A DNA stretch of 64,000 nucleotides, taken from Candidatus Cloacimonadales bacterium. Its GTDB lineage: Bacteria > Cloacimonadota > Cloacimonadia > Cloacimonadales > JAIOQZ01. This document shows positions 1-14,534 of this stretch, piece after piece. The stretch spans positions 3,104,001 to 3,168,000 of the forward strand of contig OY771587.1 in assembly GCA_963674825.1 (NCBI GenBank), given 5' to 3'. The translations under genes were made by a program, and so were the position numbers. Under the pieces are notes generated by a model that worked only from the letters and a program-made list of their open reading frames with translations, was not told where the DNA came from and ran no database searches. The first letter of the stretch is position 1; every line of letters starts with the position of its first letter.

Positions 1-576
1 AAGGTGCTGGCCGCGATGATATTCGAGCAGTTCGGTGGTGACTTCCAATCGATCTTCGAGGGCATTCTCTCGTGGGATAAAAAAATGAAGCATCAGGCGT
101 TCGACAGGCTATTCGATGGGCTTCAATCATTCAATACAATGCCGCGCGGATTCGAGATGGCGGAGTTCACCATGCAGGTTCGAGCGTCTTCTTCGTGTTA
201 TGCTCAATGGAAACGTCATCGCACTTCTACCGTTCTAATGGGTGGAAGGACTCAGAATTTCGTGATTCCGCCGGTCTATACTGATAAAAAGGTAATCGAT
301 CGGTTCCGTGAATTAATGGACGCATCTGCTGAAGTAGCGCGGAAGCTTGGCGAGATCAATCCTCTTCTGGCGGACTACGCGCTGACCAACGCGCATGAGG
401 TCGTATTCCTTTTCAAGGCGAATCTTCGGGAGCTTTATCACTTTTCGCGGCTTCGCTCCGACCAGCATGCGCAGTGGGAGATTAGGGAACTTTCCAGCCG
501 AATCGATGAGATCATTCGAGAAAAAGCTCCTTTAAGTGCTGCGAAGATGATGGGGAAGAGCGAATTCCGCTCGTAA
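1..576 (+). CDS. thyX: FAD-dependent thymidylate synthase-like protein, C-terminal part (5'-truncated by window edge)
   Basis: RHR motif (QWKRHR) and NLRELYHFSRLRSDQHAQWEIR, typical ThyX C-terminal signature; frame open to window start. Confidence 0.75.
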   Translation, partial: KVLAAMIFEQFGGDFQSIFEGILSWDKKMKHQAFDRLFDGLQSFNTMPRGFEMAEFTMQVRASSSCYAQWKRHRTSTVLMGGRTQNFVIPPVYTDKKVIDRFRELMDASAEVARKLGEINPLLADYALTNAHEVVFLFKANLRELYHFSRLRSDQHAQWEIRELSSRIDEIIREKAPLSAAKMMGKSEFRS

Positions 577-755
577 CGGTCGATCAGGATTCTATCAAAT
601 ACAGATGCAATTGGAACGTTTTGGGCATTCCAAGAGAATTATTGACATGAACCGTTACGGAATGAAAATGTGAATGGGAATAAATCAATATAGGTATGAT
701 TCCATGACTGAGGAAATAACATGATATATAAAAAACCAAGACTGGAGGAATGAAC

Positions 756-1739
756 ATGACTAAGAGATTTATTACGGTATTGCTGCTTTTAACGGCGGTC
801 ATGATGCTGTTTGCAGAGGGGAAACCATTACAACGCCAGGCGCTTGAAGCGGTTGCGGCCGGAGACGATGCTTATACGGCGAAGAACTATACACAAGCCT
901 ATACGAAGTATGCCGAAGCGATCGAGAAATATCGCCAGGCAGAAAAAGAAGAGAGTATCGATCTCGGCAATATGATTACCGATGTTCAGGACAAGCTATT
1001 CAAAGCATATTACTTTGGTGAGAAATACAACGAAGCCATCGCGGTTTATGCAGATATGCTGAAGAAAGACGCGTCCGATATAAAGAAAGTGCGCGTTATC
1101 GCTCAGATTTATGAGAAAAACCTGAAGCAGCCAGCGAAGGCTATCGAGCACCTCAAAGCTTGGGATGCCAAGGGCGCGAACTTCACGCTCCGTAAAGAAA
1201 TCGCATCTCTGTACGACGATATGGGGAACAAGCAGGAAGCACTGAATTGGTACGTTAAGGCCAAGGAAGTGAAACAGGACGCGAAAGTAATCCAGAAGAT
1301 CGCGGTTCTCTATCGTGAATTGGGTGACGTTCCCATGGCTATCAAGGAATACGAAGACTACCTCAAGACCAATCCTTCGGCCAGCTCAAAGCTCCAGACC
1401 TACAAAAACATGGGCGCTCTCTATGAAATGATCAAGCAGCCGGACAATGCTGTGAAAGCATTCGAAAACGCACTCAAGGTCAAGTACGATTCCCAGATAG
1501 CAACCAAGCTGATGGTTATGTATTTTGATATGAATAACTTCGCACAGGCCACTGCGAAAGTCAAACGCATCCTTCAAGATGATCCTGCCGATCCGGACGC
1601 TACTTACTATCAGGCACAGATCAAGTACAAAGAAGGCAACAAGCAGGGCGCGCTGGAAGATTTCAAGAAAATCCAGAACGACCGCAAGTATGGTGAAAGT
1701 GCAAAAGGGTTTATCAAGAGTATAGAATCTGAACTGTAA
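756..1739 (+). CDS. Exported tetratricopeptide-repeat protein
   Basis: N-terminal signal peptide, repeated TPR-like helices; GGAGG SD 7 nt before ATG 756. Confidence 0.85.
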   Translation: MTKRFITVLLLLTAVMMLFAEGKPLQRQALEAVAAGDDAYTAKNYTQAYTKYAEAIEKYRQAEKEESIDLGNMITDVQDKLFKAYYFGEKYNEAIAVYADMLKKDASDIKKVRVIAQIYEKNLKQPAKAIEHLKAWDAKGANFTLRKEIASLYDDMGNKQEALNWYVKAKEVKQDAKVIQKIAVLYRELGDVPMAIKEYEDYLKTNPSASSKLQTYKNMGALYEMIKQPDNAVKAFENALKVKYDSQIATKLMVMYFDMNNFAQATAKVKRILQDDPADPDATYYQAQIKYKEGNKQGALEDFKKIQNDRKYGESAKGFIKSIESEL

Positions 1740-1777
1740 ACAAAACCAACACCCACAGACCTTGTAAAGGAGACACG

Positions 1778-2458
1778 ATGAAGTACCTGATGTTATTGCT
1801 GGTGGTTTTATTGGCGCTGCTTACCGCGTGCGACAACCGTGACACGGACGCACCCGAGATGACGATTACTGTATCGACAACGGAACTATACAACGAAGGC
1901 AATGGCCAGAATTACGCCGATATCCTCATCGATCTGGACGGCGATAATGCTTCTACGGACAGCGTACGTATCAATATCGAATACGATAGCGCTCAAGGAA
2001 CCTTTAATCCCGATTCCGATTATCCCGGAAGTGCCTCCTTTATCCGGACAAATTCGCAGGGTATTGCCGCTGCGACCTTTACTGTGAAAGACTCTGCATT
2101 TGGCGATGTCCCGGTGACTTTCACGCTGGACACCTATCAGAGTGTGAATGAAACCATTCACTTCAACGTAATCGACATCCCTGAAATCGAGATTACCTCG
2201 GCTGAAGATTCACTCGTTGCCGACGGTGCTACGATGATGGATGTCTATGTTCAGCTCACAAGTAATTCGGAAAACATCGAAGGACTGTGGATCGATTTTA
2301 CATCCGATCTTATCACTTCGGCCGACTCCATCCAGACGGATACGGAAGGTCGCGCCACCATACAGGTTCAAGCACCGGAAGATGCCGCTGTGTACTATGT
2401 AACCGGAAGGATTCGTGACTTCGATAAACTGGCTACAGTTTATATAAGGTGCTATTGA
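1778..2458 (+). CDS. Lipoprotein with two Big_1/invasin-like Ig domains
   Basis: Lipobox LLTAC; beta-rich acidic sequence with TNSQGIA and TDTEGRA motifs; SD AAGGAG. Confidence 0.7.
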   Translation: MKYLMLLLVVLLALLTACDNRDTDAPEMTITVSTTELYNEGNGQNYADILIDLDGDNASTDSVRINIEYDSAQGTFNPDSDYPGSASFIRTNSQGIAAATFTVKDSAFGDVPVTFTLDTYQSVNETIHFNVIDIPEIEITSAEDSLVADGATMMDVYVQLTSNSENIEGLWIDFTSDLITSADSIQTDTEGRATIQVQAPEDAAVYYVTGRIRDFDKLATVYIRCY

Positions 2459-2498
2459 CACACGGAACCCATGGTAGAACCCGAAACAGGAGGAGATA

Positions 2499-3275
2499 AT
2501 GCGCAAATACGTCATAGCCGGTAACTGGAAAATGAATAAAACGTTCGAACAGACCGACGACTATCTCGAGGGGCTTGCTGAGTACGTCTTTGAGAACGAT
2601 GATGACATGCAGCTGATCATTCCGATCGTCTGTCCGCCAGCCGTTTATCTGGAAATGGCGACTGACTTCGCGGAAGATCGTTCGTTCTTCGTCGGAGCTC
2701 AGGATGTCAGCGAACATGAGTTTGGCGCTTACACAGGGGAAATCAGCGCACCGATGCTCCATGCAATGGCTGTCAGCTTCTGCATCGTGGGCCACTCGGA
2801 ACGCAGAAAATACCACAACGAAACCGATCAAATGGTCAATGGCAAGATCAAAGCCCTGCACAAACAGGACATTATTCCCATCGTCTGCATCGGCGAAACG
2901 GAAGAAGAACGCCGCGATCGTCTCACCGAAGAGGTGCTCGAAAGGCAGCTCAAGGGCGCTTTCGAGGACATCGATCCCGAAAACGGCGATTTCGTCGTTG
3001 CTTATGAACCCGTCTGGGCGATCGGAACCGGCAAGACCGCGACTCCCGATATCGCACAGGATGCGCATTCTTTCATCCGTAACTGGCTGAAGGGTCGGTT
3101 TGGCGAGAAACTTGCCAGCGAAATTCAGATACTCTACGGCGGAAGCGTCAATCCGGGCAACATTGTTACACTTCTTTCACAGGAAGATATCGATGGTGCT
3201 CTTATCGGGGGAGCTTCGCTCGATCTGGATCAATATACCGATATGCTGGCCAAGGCGGTCGAACTCTCAAAATAA
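2499..3275 (+). CDS. tpiA: Triosephosphate isomerase
   Basis: AGNWKMN, IVGHSERR, AYEPVWAIGTG, YGGSV and GGASL motifs. Confidence 0.98.
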   Translation: MRKYVIAGNWKMNKTFEQTDDYLEGLAEYVFENDDDMQLIIPIVCPPAVYLEMATDFAEDRSFFVGAQDVSEHEFGAYTGEISAPMLHAMAVSFCIVGHSERRKYHNETDQMVNGKIKALHKQDIIPIVCIGETEEERRDRLTEEVLERQLKGAFEDIDPENGDFVVAYEPVWAIGTGKTATPDIAQDAHSFIRNWLKGRFGEKLASEIQILYGGSVNPGNIVTLLSQEDIDGALIGGASLDLDQYTDMLAKAVELSK

Positions 3276-3296
3276 GTATAGCGAATTGGAGAACCA

Positions 3297-4562
3297 ATGC
3301 TTGATCTGAAATTCATAAGAGAAAATGCGGAAATGATCAAACAGGCCGTGAAGGCCAAAAACGAAAGCGCCAATATCGATAAAATTCTGGAGCTGGACGA
3401 GCTGAAGCGTACGAAGCAGTTCGAGTTCGATCAAATTCGCGCTGAGCAGAAAATAAAGTCGAAAGAGATCGGAAACCGTAAGAAACAGGGGCTTGAAGTC
3501 GAATCGATCATGGAGGAAGTCTCCGCGATGGCCGAGAAGATCAAAGAACTTGGTAGCGAACTGAGTGATATCACCAACGATCTCAACGCGCTGCTGCTGA
3601 CCGTACCGAACCTTCCGCAGGAAGATGTGCCGATCGGAGGCGAGGAAAACAACGCTTTCGTGCGTGAATGGTGTGAGAAACGCTCGTTCGATTTCGAACC
3701 ACGTGAGCATCAGGAGATCTGCGGCGATGCACTTGATTTCAGGCGTGGCGCTAAGATCACCGGCAGCGGCTTTCCTTTATATAAAGGAGAGGCAGCTCTG
3801 CTGGAACGTGCGCTGATCAATTACTTCCTCGATAAGCATGTGCTCAAACACCATTATATCGAGATGAAGCCACCGTTCATCGTTAATCGCAAGACCATGA
3901 CCGGTACCGGGCAACTTCCCAAGCTGGAAGAGGACATGTATCGTGTCGATACCGAAGACTTCTTCCTTATACCTACCGCGGAAGTCCCCGTGACCAACTA
4001 CCACGCTGAAGAGATTCTGGCAGAGACCGATCTCCCCGTTAAGTACTGCGCCTATACTCCATGCTTCCGTCGAGAAGCCGGATCGTATGGCAAGGAAACC
4101 AAGGGACTCCATCGGGTACACCAGTTCAACAAGGTCGAGCTTGTACAGCTTACGAAGCCTGAAGATTCCGATGCAGCGCTGGACAGTATCGTCGCGGCCG
4201 CCGAGTCGATACTCCAGGACCTTCGTTTGCACTACCGTGTGATGAAGCTCGCGACTGGCGATCTCAGCTTTGCTTCGGCGATCACGTACGATCTCGAAGT
4301 CTGGGCTCCGGGTGCTGGACGCTATCTGGAGGTTTCATCGGTGAGCAACTTCAAGGATTTCCAGGCTCGACGTGCTTCCATTCGCTATCGTCGTAACGAA
4401 GATGGTAAGGTTGACTTCGTTCATACGCTCAATGGATCAGGCCTGGCAACGCCTCGTGTGTTCGTTGCGCTGGTAGAAACCTGGCAGAATGCAGACGGTA
4501 GTATTACCGTGCCTCCATGCCTCAAACCCTATCTTCAGAATCGGGAAAAACTGGTCTTTTAA
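3297..4562 (+). CDS. serS: Serine--tRNA ligase
   Basis: MLDLKFIR start, coiled-coil arm, LIPTAEVP, FRREAGSYG, HQFNKVE, HTLNGSGLA. Confidence 0.98.
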   Translation: MLDLKFIRENAEMIKQAVKAKNESANIDKILELDELKRTKQFEFDQIRAEQKIKSKEIGNRKKQGLEVESIMEEVSAMAEKIKELGSELSDITNDLNALLLTVPNLPQEDVPIGGEENNAFVREWCEKRSFDFEPREHQEICGDALDFRRGAKITGSGFPLYKGEAALLERALINYFLDKHVLKHHYIEMKPPFIVNRKTMTGTGQLPKLEEDMYRVDTEDFFLIPTAEVPVTNYHAEEILAETDLPVKYCAYTPCFRREAGSYGKETKGLHRVHQFNKVELVQLTKPEDSDAALDSIVAAAESILQDLRLHYRVMKLATGDLSFASAITYDLEVWAPGAGRYLEVSSVSNFKDFQARRASIRYRRNEDGKVDFVHTLNGSGLATPRVFVALVETWQNADGSITVPPCLKPYLQNREKLVF

Positions 4563-4715
4563 GTAAACCCACTTTCAGGTGGGTGGAATGGTGTGAAAAA
4601 GTTGCTAACATAGGTGTGTTTTCTATATGATTATCGTGTCGATATTTCAGTGATAAAGTTGTCACTGTGAAATCGATCGGAATGTGAAAAAGCAAAGAAA
4701 TTTGTGTGAAATGTC

Positions 4716-4881
4716 TTGACATGAAAAACTATATAATCGATGTTAGCGCTCCACTTGGGCATGGCCTGGGTGGGTAGGTCCTTACAGGTTAGATTTGGTG
4801 TTGGAGAGTTGAGCGGGATTTTCTTCGGGGAAAAAAAACTTCGAAAAAAGTCTTGACACGAAAACATCGAATATGGAAAGT
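4716..4881 (+). promoter_or_regulatory. Tandem putative rrn promoters (P1/P2)
   Basis: TTGACA at 4716 and 4853, each with A-rich upstream sequence and followed after 17 nt by GATGTT / GAAAGT; boxA-like GATCTTTGAAA near 4926. Confidence 0.55.
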
Positions 4882-5004
4882 GACCGAACCTACTGACGCA
4901 GAGAGCGACGGTGGGGACAGAGAGTGATCTTTGAAACGAAATAAGAATAGAAGTGAAGTGTAAAGAACTTGCGAGACAGTGATATTGAGCATGACAAGCT
5001 TTTC

Positions 5005-6554
<1,550 letters not shown>

Positions 6555-6639
6555 AAGGGAGAAACAATGTACGGTTATGTTTGATAGAGTTGTTTCGCTG
6601 TTCTTTACACACTTCACTTTAATAAACTTTGTTGAGTGA

Positions 6640-6716
<77 letters not shown>

Positions 6717-6723
6717 CTTTATC

Positions 6724-6799
6724 GGGGGATTAGCTTAGTTGGGAGAGCGCCGCCCTTGCAAGGCGGAGGTCAGCGGTTCGAATCCGCTATCCTCCACCA
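6724..6799 (+). tRNA. tRNA-Ala(TGC)
   Basis: Cloverleaf with G3:U70 pair, anticodon TGC, TTCGAAT T-loop, encoded CCA. Confidence 0.98.
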
Positions 6800-6933
6800 G
6801 GAATTTTAGTTCATTAAAAGTTTTATAGATGTGGAATGGAGTGTTTAAAAGAGTACTGAAAGAAGAAGTAAAGAAGAAAGGATACTTTTCCGCATGCGTA
6901 TGTGTATGTAGTATATATACGTATGATGAATTT

Positions 6934-9832
<2,899 letters not shown>

Positions 9833-9914
9833 TTTTCTTTCTCTTTACCTTCCGATATACTCGGACAAACACTTCATTCCTTCACATCTAATTCTTGTAC
9901 CCCCAGGGTATGAG

Positions 9915-10030
9915 TGTGGTGGCTCTGGCGGTGAGGTTACACCTGTTCCCATCCCGAACACAGCCGTTAAGCTCACCAGCGCCGATGGTACTGCTTTGGC
10001 AACGAAGTGGGAGAGTAGGTCGCCGCCACT
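9915..10030 (+). rRNA. rrf: 5S ribosomal RNA
   Basis: CCCATCCCGAACAC, GCGCCGATGGTACT, GGGAGAGTAGGTCGCCGCC; follows 23S. Confidence 0.97.
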
Positions 10031-10152
10031 CTCATACCCTGGGGTTTTTATATATACAAAAGAAACAATTCAATAACTTCCATATTTCTGATTTCCCTTG
10101 CATTATTCGATTCAATATTATAAAAGAGCCTTTCAGACGCAAAGGAGTTCAT

Positions 10153-11547
10153 ATGAAATATCGAATCATCGCAATTATAGGTTTACTCGTTACTTACGGG
10201 TTTTGCTTCGCACAGACAGCAGAGAAATATAAAAAAGAACAAACCGAATTGTATGGCGCGAAGATCGAAATTCTAAGCCCGGAAAAATGGAATAGAAAGC
10301 TTCTGGTTATTGCGCACGGATATCGTGATCCTGGTTCACCAATTCGCGTATCGATCTATGAAGATAATTTCTCAAAGAGTCTTCTCGAAGATGGCTGGAT
10401 GATAGCCGCGACAAGCTACCGCAGAAACGGTATGATAGTTCGGGACGCGATCGAGGATCTCAAATTCCTTACAGCGCACATTGATGATAAATACGGTATT
10501 CCAGAAGAACGCTTTCTGTATGGTCGCTCGATGGGCGCAAAGATTGGCGTAATTATCGCTGAGCAGGTAGATAGTGGCTACAAAGGCGTGTTTGCTCAGT
10601 GTGCCGGGATGGGCAGCGAAGACCCTGAGAATCCGATGAAAGTCAATAACAGCCCTCTGATTCCGATCATGTTTTTTCAGAACAACACAGAGATGGAAAG
10701 ACCGCTTGATTACATCTCGAATGTGAACGACAAAGCGATCAAACCGATAATCTGGATGGTCGATCGCCCTGGGCATTGCAATACCAATGTGATGGAGAAT
10801 CTGGAAGGTTTCAGGGCTTTTCTTTCATTCTGCGAAGGTGAGAAGATTGAGGACAAGACAATTCTGATCGATATGGATTCTACCGTTGTTTCTGAGGCTA
10901 TAATTGAAGGCGATAAAATGATTCTTCCGCTGGTCAAACACTCATCCTCCTATCAATTAAATATTCGCAAAAGCGATTTTGAAAAAGTAGGGATTAAGCA
11001 TAAAAGCTGGTACAAACTTGCCTACAAGGACAAGTATTACTATGTCTACTGGGGTGATCAGTACAGCGATGTACCGTATCTCTATTGGGTCAGTTTTTTC
11101 AATGCAGATGGGACTTTCAAGCTGGCGCGTAACTTCGCGAACGCTGTTTCAATGCTCCAATATCAAGATGGAGATTTCGTGGAGATAGGCCCCATCGAAG
11201 ATGAGTTTGACATCAATAATATGTACAATCAGGAAGCGGCTGATCTGGGTGTGCAGACTTGGAACGCTGTCCTTGCCGGAGAGCCGGAAAAGGGTATCGA
11301 ACTGGGTAAGAAAGCCGTGAACATTGAGCCGGATGCCGTGTGGTTGTATGTCAACCTGATGCACGCATATCTTTTCGCCGGTCAGTACAAGATGGCAGAG
11401 AAGATTTGCATCGAGAAGAAAGGCGTACAGACGAAATGCAGGCAGGGATACTTCGAGCAGCAGGTTCTGGAAGACTTCGAGACGTTCAAGCAAAAAGATA
11501 TAACCCATCCTGATATTGAGAAGATCGCACAATTGCTACAGAAGTAG
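10153..11547 (+). CDS. Secreted alpha/beta-hydrolase with central SAM-hydroxide-adenosyltransferase C-terminal-like domain and TPR-like tail
   Basis: SD AAGGAG, signal peptide, AHG oxyanion motif, G-R-S-M-G elbow, GHC; start reassigned from 9895, which overlaps the 5S gene. Confidence 0.7.
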   Translation: MKYRIIAIIGLLVTYGFCFAQTAEKYKKEQTELYGAKIEILSPEKWNRKLLVIAHGYRDPGSPIRVSIYEDNFSKSLLEDGWMIAATSYRRNGMIVRDAIEDLKFLTAHIDDKYGIPEERFLYGRSMGAKIGVIIAEQVDSGYKGVFAQCAGMGSEDPENPMKVNNSPLIPIMFFQNNTEMERPLDYISNVNDKAIKPIIWMVDRPGHCNTNVMENLEGFRAFLSFCEGEKIEDKTILIDMDSTVVSEAIIEGDKMILPLVKHSSSYQLNIRKSDFEKVGIKHKSWYKLAYKDKYYYVYWGDQYSDVPYLYWVSFFNADGTFKLARNFANAVSMLQYQDGDFVEIGPIEDEFDINNMYNQEAADLGVQTWNAVLAGEPEKGIELGKKAVNIEPDAVWLYVNLMHAYLFAGQYKMAEKICIEKKGVQTKCRQGYFEQQVLEDFETFKQKDITHPDIEKIAQLLQK

Positions 11548-11605
11548 TTGACGTATTTTATGCATTGACCAGGATTCACCAAAGAAAGTTTTGCATGGAG
11601 TTAAT

Positions 11606-12310
11606 ATGCATGAGATCTGGACGATTGTACTATATGCATTATTGTCTGGCATAACCGTCATTATTGGTGGCCTGGTCGCGTATTTCTTCAGGTTACGTGA
11701 TAAACACATTAAACTGGAGATTCTACATTGGACGATCGCGTTTGGTGGAGGCGTTCTTCTGGGTGCGATATCCTTTGCGCTGGTTCCCAAAGCGCTCTCT
11801 CTGCTGAGTGTGTCGTGGTTGATTGTCTTGATGGTCGGTGGTACGTTTTCTTTCATGGCGTTTGACTGGTTTCTCAGCAAACTCAAAGGATCCATGGCTC
11901 AGCTGATGGGCATGATGATGGACTACCTTCCAGAATCGCTAGCGTTAGGCGCGTCGTTTGCGCACGATCATTCGTTTGGCCTGTTGCTGGCTGTGTTTAT
12001 CGGACTCCAGAATCTCCCCGAAGGATTCAATACTTATGGAGAGCTACGTAAGATATGGAGCGTGCGCAAGACTCTTTCCGTCATGTTAGCGCTGAGCTTC
12101 ACCGGAATTATTGCAGCGCTTCTGGGATACGGATTTCTCTCTGATATGCCGAACACGATCGCCGGAATCATGCTTTTCGCCGCTGGTGGGATTCTCTACC
12201 TTATTTTTCAAGATATTGCGCCACTAGCGAAATTCAGGGGGGCCTGGCTTCCTGCATCGGGTGCGAGCATCGGATATCTCGTGGGTATGTTGGGCGAAAA
12301 GCTGCTGTAA
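11606..12310 (+). CDS. ZIP family divalent metal transporter
   Basis: Multi-TM protein with AFGGGVLL, DYLPESLALG, QNLPEGF, FAAGGILY. Confidence 0.88.
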   Translation: MHEIWTIVLYALLSGITVIIGGLVAYFFRLRDKHIKLEILHWTIAFGGGVLLGAISFALVPKALSLLSVSWLIVLMVGGTFSFMAFDWFLSKLKGSMAQLMGMMMDYLPESLALGASFAHDHSFGLLLAVFIGLQNLPEGFNTYGELRKIWSVRKTLSVMLALSFTGIIAALLGYGFLSDMPNTIAGIMLFAAGGILYLIFQDIAPLAKFRGAWLPASGASIGYLVGMLGEKLL

Positions 12311-12395
12311 GTCAGACGGCGTGGTCGGATTAACGAAGAAAAAACTTTACAAATAGCACTCAGAAAATATTGTATCTGAAAAGAGGGAGAGGATT

Positions 12396-12533
12396 ATGGA
12401 TATTGTCGGCCTGTTTGTACCGCTGATGAAGGTGAGCGTTTTGCTCTTTTCGATCAGTATGCTGTTTCTGATCCTCAACAGTATCAATGAGATCGGCAAT
12501 GTTCACGGTAAAGTTGTCAAGAAGAAGAAATAG
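12396..12533 (+). CDS. Small single-TM protein (45 aa)
   Basis: SD GAGG; MDIVGLFVPLMKVSVLLFSISMLFLILNSINEIGNVHGKVVKKKK; below the ORF-track cutoff. Confidence 0.6.
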   Translation: MDIVGLFVPLMKVSVLLFSISMLFLILNSINEIGNVHGKVVKKKK

Positions 12534-12545
12534 AGGAGATACACG

Positions 12546-12695
12546 ATGAAGAAATTTCTGAAATTCCTGGTTGTTTTTTCTGCAATATTCGCTGCATTGT
12601 ACGTCATTAAAAAGCACTTTTTCGACCTCTGCGAGGAAGAAGACTGGGATATTCCTGAAGAGCCGGAAGACTTCGAGGAAGAAGAAACCGAGTAA
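12546..12695 (+). CDS. Small single-TM protein with acidic tail (49 aa)
   Basis: SD AGGAG; MKKFLKFLVVFSAIFAALYVIKKHFFDLCEEEDWDIPEEPEDFEEEETE. Confidence 0.7.
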   Translation: MKKFLKFLVVFSAIFAALYVIKKHFFDLCEEEDWDIPEEPEDFEEEETE

Positions 12696-12869
12696 ATCCC
12701 CTCTAACTGCAATGACTTCTCTAGCGGTTAATAAACGAACCGCATAACCTTTATGTGTCAAGGCTTCAGGGCTATATACACTTCCACGTGAATAAGGGCA
12801 TATTTATTCTTGACAATTTCATTCGACACTTGCTTTTGATTATTGAATGGTTTGAAAAAGGGGTTCGTA

Positions 12870-13178
12870 ATGGTAAATCCTACGATCGTAAATCGATTTT
12901 TCACTGTAGTTGCATATATTTTTCTGATCGCCGGCGTTGTCGGGTTCTTTTATTTCTTTATTACGTATCTGATAGATACGGATCTGGATTACAATTTCTT
13001 CCTGAGCCTTATCTCGGTAATCCTCGGGTTTGCACTTTTTGTGATTTACAAGCGAGTGGCCGACTTGGGCTTCAATCGCTTTATCAGCCAGTTGAGTACG
13101 CTCAACACTGAGCCAACAACCTATATTCGTGGTAACGGCGAGAAGAAAAACGAATCTGAAGAAGAAACGAATAAATAA
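12870..13178 (+). CDS. Hypothetical two-TM membrane protein
   Basis: Two hydrophobic segments and a charged tail. Confidence 0.65.
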   Translation: MVNPTIVNRFFTVVAYIFLIAGVVGFFYFFITYLIDTDLDYNFFLSLISVILGFALFVIYKRVADLGFNRFISQLSTLNTEPTTYIRGNGEKKNESEEETNK

Positions 13179-13223
13179 TCAATTGCAATTCTCAATAATA
13201 AAAAAACCACATCTGGAGGTGTG

Positions 13224-13856
13224 ATGAAAAAGTTTGCAATAGGATGCGGTGTCGTCCTTGTTATCCTGATCATTATCGGTATATCGATTTTTGTCTGGGG
13301 CAAAAACACATATAACAGTCTGGTGGGGCTTGACGAAGATGTCAAAGCCAAGTGGAGCCAGGTGGAGAATGTATATCAGCGTCGTCTCGATCTGATCCCG
13401 AATCTGGTTGCGACCGTTCAGGGTTACGCCATTCACGAGCAGGAAACACTCACAGCGGTTACCGAAGCCAGATCTAAGGCCGGCGGAACCATCCAAGCAG
13501 GTGCAGACGTCCTGAACAACCCCGAAGCGTTCCAGAAGTTTCAGGCGGCACAAAGCTCATTGTCCGGCGCACTTTCCCGCTTGATGGTCGTGGTGGAAAA
13601 GTACCCCGATCTGAAGGCAAACGAGAATTTCCTCGCGTTGCAGAGTCAGCTCGAAGGAACCGAGAATCGCATCACGGTCGAAAGACAGCGTTTCAACGAG
13701 ACTGCTCGTCTTTACAACACTACCATCAAACGTTTCCCGGGTGTCTTCATTGCTAATATGTTTGGCTTCAACGAAAGGCCGTATTTCGAAGCACAGCAGG
13801 GTGCCGACCAGACTCCGAATGTGCAGGAATTGATGGATAAGGCGAAAGGAAAATGA
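13224..13856 (+). CDS. lemA: LemA family protein
   Basis: YNSLV, WSQVENVYQRRLDLIPNLV, EKYPDLKANENF, LEGTENRI. Confidence 0.95.
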   Translation: MKKFAIGCGVVLVILIIIGISIFVWGKNTYNSLVGLDEDVKAKWSQVENVYQRRLDLIPNLVATVQGYAIHEQETLTAVTEARSKAGGTIQAGADVLNNPEAFQKFQAAQSSLSGALSRLMVVVEKYPDLKANENFLALQSQLEGTENRITVERQRFNETARLYNTTIKRFPGVFIANMFGFNERPYFEAQQGADQTPNVQELMDKAKGK

Positions 13857-14533
13857 TAAGACTGAAACAGGAAGAACTCGATCGGATCAGCCACGCGGTA
13901 GAAAAAGCAGAGAAAAAGACCTCCGGTGAGATTGCCCTTGCGATGATCCCGCAAAGTGACAGCTACGCCGTGTTCGAATTGATGGCGGCGGTCCTCTGTG
14001 GCTTTGTGTGGTTTGTTGCGCTTCTCTTCTGGATTAACCCGATCAGCGAGTGGTTGAGTGGTCTTTTCTGGGGAACAGGCTCTGATACAAGCGTTTATCC
14101 GATCGTCATGCTGTATGGATTCAGCAGCTTCCTGATTATTTCCATTATCTACGCAATCGCGAATATCCCAGTTCTAGACAGGATTGTCGTGCCGCGTAAA
14201 TTCCGTGAAATCAAAGTCCGTGAACGTGCCCAGCGCGAATTCCTTGATTCGGGTGTTTATGATACCCGTGACCGCACCGGTATTCTGATCTTCATTTCCC
14301 TGCTCGAGCACAGGGTGGAGCTCATCGCCGATAAAGGTATCGCGGAGAAGATCGAGCAGAAAGAATGGGACTCGATCGTACAGGTGATCGTTGATGGAAT
14401 TAGACGCAAACGCCTTGCAGAATCGCTATGTGAGGCGGTTTCAATGTGTGGTAATCTCCTGGTGAAGCATTTCCCCATCAAGGACGACGACACCAACGAA
14501 CTGACCAACCATATCAATATCCTGGAGCGCTAA
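13853..14533 (+). CDS. TPM-domain membrane protein
   Basis: AEKKTSGEI, TRDRTGILIFI, ADKGI, DDTNEL; overlaps the lemA stop. Confidence 0.88.
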   Translation: MIRLKQEELDRISHAVEKAEKKTSGEIALAMIPQSDSYAVFELMAAVLCGFVWFVALLFWINPISEWLSGLFWGTGSDTSVYPIVMLYGFSSFLIISIIYAIANIPVLDRIVVPRKFREIKVRERAQREFLDSGVYDTRDRTGILIFISLLEHRVELIADKGIAEKIEQKEWDSIVQVIVDGIRRKRLAESLCEAVSMCGNLLVKHFPIKDDDTNELTNHINILER

Positions 14534-14534
14534 G

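Noticed and set aside
6892..6925. Alternating purine-pyrimidine tract in the rRNA spacer
   Set aside because: It is explained as a G:U-rich spacer hairpin before the 23S gene.
9895..10152. N-terminal extension of the 550-aa ORF
   Set aside because: It runs through the 5S rRNA; SD and signal peptide indicate a start at 10153.
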